Source: Pseudothermotoga sp. (lineage in GTDB: Bacteria > Thermotogota > Thermotogae > Thermotogales > DSM-5069). Taken from it: a stretch of DNA of 64,000 nucleotides. Position numbers and translations under genes: made by a program. This document shows positions 56,399 through 64,000 of the stretch, piece after piece (position 1 is the stretch's first letter; each line of letters starts with the position of its first letter). The stretch lies in the NCBI GenBank assembly GCA_025060105.1, contig JANXCS010000003.1, forward strand, positions 147,341-211,340, read 5' to 3'. The notes under the pieces were generated by a model. The model ran no database searches and was not told the origin of the DNA. It saw only the letters and a program-made list of their open reading frames with translations.

Positions 56399-57794
56399 GA
56401 GGTTGCCATTCTACATGGAACGTTCCGGGCTTATCGATCCGCTGGAAAGTGTGCGCACCGAAGAAATCTCTCTGCGCTTGTATGAGGTTGGCCGGCAAGT
56501 TTTCCGTCATCAAGCTGAACAAATAGTCCAAACAAGCGTTCAACGATGGTGTGGGTATCATCGACGATCTTGCAAGGTTCGTGACCTTGATCGCATGGGG
56601 CAATCTTTCTTCTACGAAGTTTCGTGCCCTTTCGTCGTTCAAGAACGTGATGTTTTCCTGCGAGTTTTTCAACAGCTGTCTCAAAAAGTCGAGCATTTTG
56701 GATCTGATGATGCATCCACCTTTCCAAATCCTCAGCACCTCGAGTGAGTCGACGTTGTATTTGAAGCTCTTCGAAGCTTCGTGGATGAGCCACACACCCT
56801 GTGAATAAGAAAGAAAGTAAGCCAACGACAACGTTTTCTTTAGATCTTCAACGGCGATGTTTTCGGCGGTTTTCATGTTCGGCTTGTAGAGTTCAGCCAT
56901 CTTTTGTCTTTCTTCTTTGTAGTAAGACACGGCGCGCGCGAAGACGGAGGCACCGAACGAGAAGGCTGGCACCCCAAGATCGAGAGCAACCTGGGTTGAC
57001 CATTTGCCAGTCCCTTTCTGTTCAGCCTTGTCGAGTATCAGCTCGACGAGGGGTTTACCAGTTTCTTCATCTTTCCAGCTCATGATCTTGTACGATATTT
57101 CCATGAGGAAGGATGCCAACTCTTCTCTGTTCCACCGCTCGAAGATCTCGCCGATCTTTTCACTTGAAAGTTTCATCACCTTTCTCATGATGTCGTAAAC
57201 TTCAGCGATGGCTTGCATGATGCTGTATTCAATGCCGTTGTGGACCATCTTCACAAAGTGCCCAGCAGAGCCGTCACCAACGTAGGTGCAACATGGGCCG
57301 TCTTCCGTTTTGGCAGCGATTTCGACCAAGATCTTTTCCACCAAACTGTAAGCTTCCCTCGTTCCCCCAGGCATGAGCGATGGTCCATGCAACGCACCGT
57401 ACTCACCACCAGAAACACCCATGCCGAGGTACAGAATTCCCTCTTTGGCGAGCTCGCTCAATCTCCGATCCGTATCTGCAAAATGAGAATTGCCACCATC
57501 TATCAATAGATCGCCTTTCTCAAGGTATGGCAGAAGCTCACTGATCATGTCGTCCACCGCTTGACCTGCTTTGACCATCAATATGATCTTTCTTGGTCTG
57601 CTCAAACTGTTCACTAGCTCTTTGATGCTGTAAGCTGGCAGCACCTTTTCTGATTTCACTCTTTCTTCCACGAATTTCTTCGTTCTCTCGGCGGTTCGAT
57701 TGTAGACGGCCACCGAATAACCTTTCCTAGCGATGTTCAGTGCCAAATTCTGTCCCATGACCGCTAGGCCTATCAAACCTATATCCGCTTTCAC
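56391..57794 (-). CDS. gnd: 6-phosphogluconate dehydrogenase (decarboxylating)
   Basis: 467 aa. The N-terminus IGLIGLAVMGQNLALN, GMGVSGGE and the rest are classic Gnd. GTG start with SD GAGGAGG. Confidence 0.95.
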   Translation of the reverse strand: MKADIGLIGLAVMGQNLALNIARKGYSVAVYNRTAERTKKFVEERVKSEKVLPAYSIKELVNSLSRPRKIILMVKAGQAVDDMISELLPYLEKGDLLIDGGNSHFADTDRRLSELAKEGILYLGMGVSGGEYGALHGPSLMPGGTREAYSLVEKILVEIAAKTEDGPCCTYVGDGSAGHFVKMVHNGIEYSIMQAIAEVYDIMRKVMKLSSEKIGEIFERWNREELASFLMEISYKIMSWKDEETGKPLVELILDKAEQKGTGKWSTQVALDLGVPAFSFGASVFARAVSYYKEERQKMAELYKPNMKTAENIAVEDLKKTLSLAYFLSYSQGVWLIHEASKSFKYNVDSLEVLRIWKGGCIIRSKMLDFLRQLLKNSQENITFLNDERARNFVEERLPHAIKVTNLARSSMIPTPSLNACLDYLFSLMTENLPANLIQAQRDFFGAHTFQRIDKPGTFHVEWQPLE

Positions 57795-57835
57795 GCATCC
57801 CTACCTCCTCACGTTCGACTCACTTCAATGATACA

Positions 57836-58873
57836 TCAGTAGATGAAATAGCTACCTTCTCTAACCAAGAGGTGAACCTGTTCGTTCAGCTCGAAGTTCT
57901 CCTCGCTGTTTATGAATACGTTCTCATCGAGGTCTTTCAGTTTTATCTCATAACGTATTTTTGCCCCCAGATACTGTTTACCGATGATCTGGCCGTTCAA
58001 CAAAAGATCGTTGGATCTCTTCGTCAGAGGGGCGTTCATGCGATCCAGAACGACTTCCTCAGCTCTTATGACCAGGTTGACTTCTCTTTGGCCCGAAACA
58101 TCCAAACCGATCCTTCTGAGTCGTTCAGCCTCGGTCTTCACAACACAGTTCACACCGACGAAATCGGCCACGAAGAGATCTTTAGGCTTGCGGTATATCT
58201 CACGTGGCTCACCGATCTGCAATACCTTGCCGTTGTTCATCACGGCTATCTTGTCGGCTATGCTGAGCGCTTCCTCCTGATCGTGAGTGACGTAGAGTGT
58301 TGCGATGTTCAATCTTTTTAGAATGTCTCTCAGCTCGAACCTGATCCTCATCCTTATTTTCGCATCCAAGTTCGACAGAGGTTCATCGAGTAGCAACAGA
58401 TCCGGTTCAACCACGATCGCTCGGGCGAGAGCGACTCTCTGTTGCTGACCTCCTGAAAGCTGGCTCGGCTTTCTGCCCGCCAAATGTCCTATGTCGAGAA
58501 AGTTCAAAGCCCATTCGACCTTCTCCTTCACCTTTTCTTTCGAAAGTTTTCTCACCTTCAAACCGTACGCCACGTTTTCGAACACGCTCATGTGTGGCCA
58601 AAGAGCGTAGTTTTGGAAAAACATCGCAACGTTTCTCTTCTCAGGAGGCAAATCCGTCACATCGCGTCCCTTTATATAGATCCTTCCCTCATCCAGTTGA
58701 ACAAAACCGGCGATCGATCTCAACAAGGTTGTCTTTCCTGAACCGCTGGGTCCTATGACGGCCAACAACTCTCCTTCATCTATCTGTATGGACACGCCGT
58801 CGAGGGCCCTCACTTCACCGTAGTATTTCTTCAAATTCTCCGTCTTCAAGACGATCACGGTTTCAACCCCCAA
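57836..58873 (-). CDS. ABC transporter ATP-binding protein (PotA/MalK-like, with a C-terminal TOBE-like domain)
   Basis: Walker A GPSGSGKTT, signature [14 protein letters not shown], Walker [12 protein letters not shown]. Confidence 0.9.
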   Translation of the reverse strand: MGVETVIVLKTENLKKYYGEVRALDGVSIQIDEGELLAVIGPSGSGKTTLLRSIAGFVQLDEGRIYIKGRDVTDLPPEKRNVAMFFQNYALWPHMSVFENVAYGLKVRKLSKEKVKEKVEWALNFLDIGHLAGRKPSQLSGGQQQRVALARAIVVEPDLLLLDEPLSNLDAKIRMRIRFELRDILKRLNIATLYVTHDQEEALSIADKIAVMNNGKVLQIGEPREIYRKPKDLFVADFVGVNCVVKTEAERLRRIGLDVSGQREVNLVIRAEEVVLDRMNAPLTKRSNDLLLNGQIIGKQYLGAKIRYEIKLKDLDENVFINSEENFELNEQVHLLVREGSYFIY

Positions 58874-59672
58874 TGCCGGCGATGTACTCAGCTTTTAGAA
58901 ATTTCTCGATGATCAACATGAACAACAAAGAAGGAACCATCAGGATGATCGCTATAACACTGGCTATCTGCATGTTGTAGCCAGCGCTAGCTGTGTACAT
59001 CAACACCGGAGCGGTCTGTATGAACGGAGCTCCTATGAAGAAAGCGGCGTTGAATTCACCCATGGACCACAGAAAAACGTGTATGGCCCCTGCGATGATA
59101 CCCGGTATGCCGAGTGGGAAGGTTATGGTCCAAAAAACTCTGAACCTACTCGCTCCGAGGTTCTGCGCGGCTTGTTCGAGATCCAGCGGTATAGATTTGA
59201 ACGTTGCGGTTATTATCCAAAGTGAAAAAACCAACGAAGCCATCGTGTGTGCTAGAATTATTCCCCACATGTTGCCTCTCAATCCGATCCTTCCAAAAAC
59301 TCTCGCAAGGTTGATGAAAACTGGTAGTTGCGGAAAGGCTTGTGGCATCAAGAACAAAAACAACAAGATTCTTTCTACCGGAAGTTTGTACCTTGCGAAG
59401 GCATAGGCGGCGGGAATGGCGATCGATATGGAAAAAACTACCGTGATCAGTGCGATCCTCAAGCTGAGCGTCAACGAATTCAACACCCTACCTTGTCTGA
59501 AGACTTCGCTCCAGTAACGCAGAGTGAACTCTTGAGGAATCGGGCTTGGCCAATACCAGATCCTGGCGAAGCTCCAAAGCACGATCCCCACGAAAGGTCC
59601 AACCACCAACAGAAGTATCAGAACCACGAGGACCAACTTCAACGTCAACCTCAATATCGAAAATTGTCTCAT
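58863..59672 (-). CDS. ABC transporter permease (PotC/CUT-like)
   Basis: 269 aa, 6 TM helices. The EAA loop reads EQAAQNLGASRFRVFWTITFP. Confidence 0.85.
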   Translation of the reverse strand: MRQFSILRLTLKLVLVVLILLLVVGPFVGIVLWSFARIWYWPSPIPQEFTLRYWSEVFRQGRVLNSLTLSLRIALITVVFSISIAIPAAYAFARYKLPVERILLFLFLMPQAFPQLPVFINLARVFGRIGLRGNMWGIILAHTMASLVFSLWIITATFKSIPLDLEQAAQNLGASRFRVFWTITFPLGIPGIIAGAIHVFLWSMGEFNAAFFIGAPFIQTAPVLMYTASAGYNMQIASVIAIILMVPSLLFMLIIEKFLKAEYIAGIGG

Positions 59673-60511
59673 GCCTTGATGCCCCCTCGTTCAGCCGCCA
59701 TGAACTTCAAATAATAAATGGCGAAGACCATGACGATCAGATAAGACACCACACCCAAGGCGTTGGCGGTACCCCAGTCGTTGAAGTAGTTGACCCTGAA
59801 CATCATGCTCACCGTGATCATGTTGGGACTGGCTGGACCAACCATGATGGGTATGGTCAAACTGCTTATCGTTCTGACGAACGTCAGGATGAACGCAACC
59901 ATGATGGAAGGCCTGCACATGGGCAGTAGAACGTCCAGCACGATTTTCACCTTGTTGGCCCCAAGGTTCTGCGCAGCTTCGATGTAAGCACTGTCCAAAC
60001 TTTTGAAGGCGCCGAGCACGATGAGAGTTGCGTAAGGCGTCATGATCCACACGAAAGCCCAAACCAAGCCGATCCAACTTCTAGAAAGTCCAGGTAACTC
60101 TTCGATGCGCAAGATCCTCGTGAGCAAATTGTTCAAAGTCCCGTGAGGGGCGAGAAACACACGCATCGCATGTCCAACTATCAAAAAAGGAATGAAGAGG
60201 GGCAATTTGTACATCAAATCGAGAAATCTCCAATTTTTGAATCTCAAATAACCCGATATGAGCACACTTAAAACCAAAGTGGCGAAGGTCGTGATCAAAC
60301 TGATCATCACACTGTAAACCACGTCACGCCAGTATATGTCGAACACCTTTCCGTAGTTGGCCAAGCTGAACCTGTTCGAGACGGTGAAACTCATGTACAT
60401 CGACAGAAACAACGGATAGATGTACAAAACAGCTAAAACTAGCAGAGCGGGGAGAATGAGCAGAAAGCCGACGAGAACCTCCCTTCTTCGTCTCATGAGC
60501 TCAACCCCCAA
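59669..60511 (-). CDS. ABC transporter permease (PotB/CUT-like)
   Basis: 280 aa, 6 TM helices. The EAA loop reads IEAAQNLGANKVKIVLDVLLP. Confidence 0.85.
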   Translation of the reverse strand: MGVELMRRRREVLVGFLLILPALLVLAVLYIYPLFLSMYMSFTVSNRFSLANYGKVFDIYWRDVVYSVMISLITTFATLVLSVLISGYLRFKNWRFLDLMYKLPLFIPFLIVGHAMRVFLAPHGTLNNLLTRILRIEELPGLSRSWIGLVWAFVWIMTPYATLIVLGAFKSLDSAYIEAAQNLGANKVKIVLDVLLPMCRPSIMVAFILTFVRTISSLTIPIMVGPASPNMITVSMMFRVNYFNDWGTANALGVVSYLIVMVFAIYYLKFMAAERGGIKA

Positions 60512-60542
60512 AGTGAGGCGAGGCCGATGGCCCCGCCTTCAC

Positions 60543-61691
60543 TCATTTCTCGACCCACCTTTCGTAAGCTTCAAGCATTCTGGTTCTGTAGTCAGCTATT
60601 GGCATGCGCTTGCCGAATTTCAACAGATCTGTCTCTTTGATGTCTCGATACAGTCTTTCGAAGACTTCCTTGCCCAGGTGTGGAGAAACGTACTCCACGC
60701 CGATCGCCGGATACCAGTTGAATTTATCGACTATGTACTTGGCGTGTATCGATGGGGATGACACGAATTCGATGAGCTTGAGCGCATAATCGGCGTTCGC
60801 TGCCTTGGTCGGTATCGCGAAGTACATCGGTTGACCAGGCATACCGGGTTCTGGAAGGATCAACCTTATGTTCGGGTCCATCCTACCTTCCCTGATCCAC
60901 GTGTAGAACATGTCCACCCAAACTGGGCCCATCCAGATCTCGCCCCTGTTCAGTGCGTCCAGAGTTCCAGCGTTGCCAGCCGTGAGCACAACGTACTTGT
61001 TGAACTCTTTCAATTCTGCGTAGATCTGTGGCCAATCTTCCGTGTACTTCTCATCGAAAGGTCCGTTCATCAGTATCTCTGGATTCTTCGACTTCCAATA
61101 GACCCATCCGAACACGAACGAAACACCAGACATACCACCTTTGATGCCGTTGTAGCCGAACTTCTTCGGGTTCTTCTTCACCCATTCGACCAGTTCGGCA
61201 TAGCTCCTCGGTGGATCTTTGACGAACCTTGGGTTGTAAGCTATCGCAGTCTGGCTGTGGAACATGGGCATGACGTAACCGTCAACTTTGACGCCGAGTG
61301 CAACTTCCGCCGTCTTCATCGTCACGAGTCTCCTCGCGGTGAGGAAATCCGTGTACGGTCTTATTAGACCACGCTCGATCGCCCAGATCGTTCCAGCCTC
61401 GTGAATGACGACTAAATCGATGGCCCACTTGTCCTTGCCCGAATCTTTCTCGAGTTGCAGTTGTTGAATGATCTGTTGCGAGCCGGCATCACCTGGTCCG
61501 GTACCTACGACCTTCACCTTCACGTTCGGATAGAGTTTTTCAAACTGTGGTGCTATCTCGTACTGGAAGAAATCGACCATGTTCTGATCACCCGCGACCA
61601 TCATGGTGAGGGTGACTTTGATGGGGATGTCTGCCTGTGCCAACACCACCGCCGCTGCGAGCATCAACAGCACGGCACACACTCTCTTCAT
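60543..61691 (-). CDS. Extracellular solute-binding protein (SBP family 1)
   Basis: Signal peptide MKRVCAVLLMLAAAVVLAQA. Size and position are right, upstream of two permeases. The second ATG (61691) lies 7 nt after GGGGAGGTG. Confidence 0.8.
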   Translation of the reverse strand: MKRVCAVLLMLAAAVVLAQADIPIKVTLTMMVAGDQNMVDFFQYEIAPQFEKLYPNVKVKVVGTGPGDAGSQQIIQQLQLEKDSGKDKWAIDLVVIHEAGTIWAIERGLIRPYTDFLTARRLVTMKTAEVALGVKVDGYVMPMFHSQTAIAYNPRFVKDPPRSYAELVEWVKKNPKKFGYNGIKGGMSGVSFVFGWVYWKSKNPEILMNGPFDEKYTEDWPQIYAELKEFNKYVVLTAGNAGTLDALNRGEIWMGPVWVDMFYTWIREGRMDPNIRLILPEPGMPGQPMYFAIPTKAANADYALKLIEFVSSPSIHAKYIVDKFNWYPAIGVEYVSPHLGKEVFERLYRDIKETDLLKFGKRMPIADYRTRMLEAYERWVEK

Positions 61692-61728
61692 GCACATTCA
61701 CCTCCCCTTCAATTTGAACAATGAACTT

Positions 61729-62544
61729 TCAGAGTTTCTTCAAAAACCTTTGTAAAGTTTTAAAAGCCAATCTGGCCGCCTCTTCGGTTCCACCTGGCAA
61801 CGGCAAGCACTCCACCGAGATGAACCCACTGTAACCGATCTCTCGCAGAGTTTTGAAGATCGAATCGAAGTTCAAATGTCCCGCACCCGGTGCCCATCTG
61901 TTGCTGTCAGCGACGTGGAAATGTTTGATCCAACTCGCACACTCTTTCAAGCTCTCTTCGATGTTCACTTCCTCGATGTTCATGTGGAACGTATCGGCCA
62001 ATATTCCCACATTGTCACGCCTCAAAAGCTCCAAGGCATGTCTCACTTCTTTCAACGTGTTCAGAAAATCCGTCTCGTACCTGTTCAAAGGTTCCACCAC
62101 CAGCTCGACACCCTTTTCTTTCGCGTAGTTTGCGAGCTCACCCACCGACTCGATGAACAATTTCAAAGTCTCGTCCAAGGATCTTTTTCCCTTCTTGCCC
62201 CTAACCAGTCCAACGATGACCTTCGCATTGAAGAACGAGGCGAAATCGATGTGATTCTTTAGCCTCTCCATGGCGCGGGATCGTATTGAAACGTCCGCAT
62301 CGGTGATGCTCAAACCTTCAGCGAGATAAGCTTGCCCAGTCCCAACGGCAACCACATCCATTCGCAACTCATCCAACAAACTTTTGAGTTGTGCCACGTC
62401 TATCACTTTCGGGTCTCTGATCGCGATCTCGACGGCATCGTAGCCAATATCTTTGGCCATCATCGCTCCCTTCGTCAGATCACCTTTGAAGGCCAACGCA
62501 TCGAAGGCGGCATCTACCGTGCTCAAAACCAGTGCAAGTTTCAC
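61729..62544 (-). CDS. Xylose-isomerase-like TIM-barrel protein, ketose 3-epimerase-like
   Basis: 271 aa. VEPLNRYET and LADTFHMNIEE resemble the metal-site motifs of the tagatose/psicose 3-epimerase family. Confidence 0.75.
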   Translation of the reverse strand: MKLALVLSTVDAAFDALAFKGDLTKGAMMAKDIGYDAVEIAIRDPKVIDVAQLKSLLDELRMDVVAVGTGQAYLAEGLSITDADVSIRSRAMERLKNHIDFASFFNAKVIVGLVRGKKGKRSLDETLKLFIESVGELANYAKEKGVELVVEPLNRYETDFLNTLKEVRHALELLRRDNVGILADTFHMNIEEVNIEESLKECASWIKHFHVADSNRWAPGAGHLNFDSIFKTLREIGYSGFISVECLPLPGGTEEAARLAFKTLQRFLKKL

Positions 62545-63344
62545 AGAGTCACCCCTTTTGTGAAGAATTTCTCGAAGAACTCTTGAAGTCCAAGATGACC
62601 GCAGTTTTGCAAGATGACCTTAGCTTGTTTCTTCACAACATCCGGTGCATCGTTGAAGGTCACACCGGTTCCCGCAATTTTGATCATCTCCAGATCGTTC
62701 TCCCCGTTGCCGAAAGCTACAACCTCCTTTAAATCGATGTTCAAAAACTTGCAGAGTCTCCTCAGCGCTTCAGCTTTGTTCACACCGAACGGTAGGATTT
62801 CTAAAAGGTCCTCTTCCGATCTTGTGATCGAAGCGTGGATACGATGCTGAAGTTTCAATACGTTCTCTATGTCGGTCAGTTCAAAACTGGGGCCTGTGAG
62901 AACTATCTTCGTCACCCTTTTGTGATTCAAAAAATCGATGTTCTCCACAAGATGGTAGCTGAGCCCATCTCTGTAAACGTAACGTGCCGCATGTGAAGTT
63001 AAATTCAGAACGTAGACATCTTCATCGATGAAGAAAAAGATGGACACGTCAGACCTTTGGCAAAGATGGCCCACCTTTTGAGCCAGAGAATCTTGTAACG
63101 TCTCTGAATACAGGTATCGCCCAGTCACTGGATCGAAGATCCGTGCACCGTTGAAGAGTATCACGGGTACTTTGCTGACGAGTCGTTCGATGAATCTGCT
63201 CGCACTCTTCAAAGAGCGACCCGTCGCCACAGTGGATTTGACACTTTTCTCCTCCAGTTTTTTCAACATTTGCAAAGTTTCTAAAGAAAGGGTCCCATCT
63301 TTTTCCAAAAGTGTTCCATCCAGATCGAAGACCAGCAATTTCAT
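62541..63344 (-). CDS. Cof-type HAD-IIB phosphatase
   Basis: 267 aa. The N-terminus [11 protein letters not shown] (motif I), TGRS (motif II), and the C-terminal [10 protein letters not shown] (motif IV). Confidence 0.85.
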   Translation of the reverse strand: MKLLVFDLDGTLLEKDGTLSLETLQMLKKLEEKSVKSTVATGRSLKSASRFIERLVSKVPVILFNGARIFDPVTGRYLYSETLQDSLAQKVGHLCQRSDVSIFFFIDEDVYVLNLTSHAARYVYRDGLSYHLVENIDFLNHKRVTKIVLTGPSFELTDIENVLKLQHRIHASITRSEEDLLEILPFGVNKAEALRRLCKFLNIDLKEVVAFGNGENDLEMIKIAGTGVTFNDAPDVVKKQAKVILQNCGHLGLQEFFEKFFTKGVTL

Positions 63345-64000
63345 TCTCTCTTCACCACCGACATGGACGATCTTTCGAACGACACATTCACCGTTTCACC
63401 GAGCTGTGGAACTTTTCTTTCCTCGTGCCCGTGGATTTCAACGCTCACAGTTCCATGCTCGGTCTTGATCTCAAAGTAGAACGTTGAACCGGTGTAGACT
63501 CTAGTCACGACCTTTCCTTTCAACAAACCTTCTTGGGGTGAAACGAACCGTCCGCCTTCAGGTCTGAGGACCAAAAGAACCGAATCGTTCAGTTGAACGT
63601 TCGAATCTTCCCGCACATCGACGGTTACCTTCTGACCATCCTTCAACTCAACGATGGCTTCGTTATGTTTGCGCTCGTAGATCTTTCCTTCGACGAAGCT
63701 GGCTTTCCCAATGAAGCTGGCCACGAACACGTTGGTGGGAAATCTGTAAAGCATCTCTGGTGTATCCTTTTGAACGATTTTTCCGTCTTTCATCACGATC
63801 ACATAGTCTGAAAGCGTCATGGCTTCCAGCTGATCGTGTGTCACATAAATGCTGGTGATACCAAGGCTCATCTGTATTTTTCTCAGCTCGACTCTCATCT
63901 GCTCACGGAGTTTCGCATCCAAGTTCGATAGAGGCTCGTCCAAGAGGAGCACCTTCGGCTCAACTACCAGTGCGCGCGCCAAAGCTACACGTTGTTGTTG
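63341..64000 (-). CDS. ABC transporter ATP-binding protein (second PotA/MalK-like paralogue). The N-terminus lies outside the window.
   Basis: The frame is open to base 64000. [28 protein letters not shown] (end of signature plus Walker B), then a TOBE-like C-terminus. Confidence 0.85.
   Translation of the reverse strand, partial: QQQRVALARALVVEPKVLLLDEPLSNLDAKLREQMRVELRKIQMSLGITSIYVTHDQLEAMTLSDYVIVMKDGKIVQKDTPEMLYRFPTNVFVASFIGKASFVEGKIYERKHNEAIVELKDGQKVTVDVREDSNVQLNDSVLLVLRPEGGRFVSPQEGLLKGKVVTRVYTGSTFYFEIKTEHGTVSVEIHGHEERKVPQLGETVNVSFERSSMSVVKRE

Overview
The window is a gene-dense, mostly housekeeping stretch of bacterial chromosome, about 95% coding. Shine-Dalgarno sites are strong and of the GGAGG(T/G) type. 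Many adjacent genes are translationally coupled through 4-nt ATGA/TTGA overlaps. Several proteins look very like Thermotoga maritima proteins as I remember them: MinC followed by three tandem M42 peptidases, the short-type adenosylhomocysteinase, and the GH13 maltosyltransferase MmtA. My best guess is therefore a Thermotogota genome (a Thermotoga or Pseudothermotoga relative). That is recall plus inference, not a database result.

Contents in order:
- A partial phosphodiesterase, DUF458, a threonine dehydratase, rlmB, mrnC and a fliJ-like gene.
- minC and three M42 aminopeptidases.
- SPOR, comEA, skp, lptB, a LOG-like gene and gltX, then a cupin gene.
- rsmH, ftsL and ftsI, a degenerate M50-like protein, an orphan FumA_C-like gene, wecB and an oxidoreductase.
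- A GAF-GGDEF protein.
- A minus-strand string: DUF362, ahcY, mmtA, a 205-aa orphan and a YhaN/SbcE-like SMC ATPase.
- An AEC transporter, tRNA-Leu(CAA) and a second GGDEF protein.
- A hydC-hydD-hydB-like module followed by a second NuoE/NuoF pair.
- scpAB, trpS, folD, fhs, nusB, asp23, efp, pepP and nth.
- A peptide ABC operon ending in DUF917 and M29-like genes.
- fprA and a 5'-nucleotidase.
- A polar amino-acid ABC operon and gnd.
- An ABC, ketose-epimerase-like and HAD sugar locus.

I saw no rRNA, CRISPR array, IS element, integrase or prophage. No clearly novel system is proven here.

The candidates most worth follow-up are:
1. The double NuoE/NuoF flavoprotein cluster that has no catalytic partner gene in the window.
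2. The membrane-anchored YhaN-like ATPase paired with an orphan 205-aa protein where a nuclease would be expected.
3. An M50-like protein whose HExxH motif reads REHLK.
4. The DUF917 and M29-like pair coupled to a peptide transporter.
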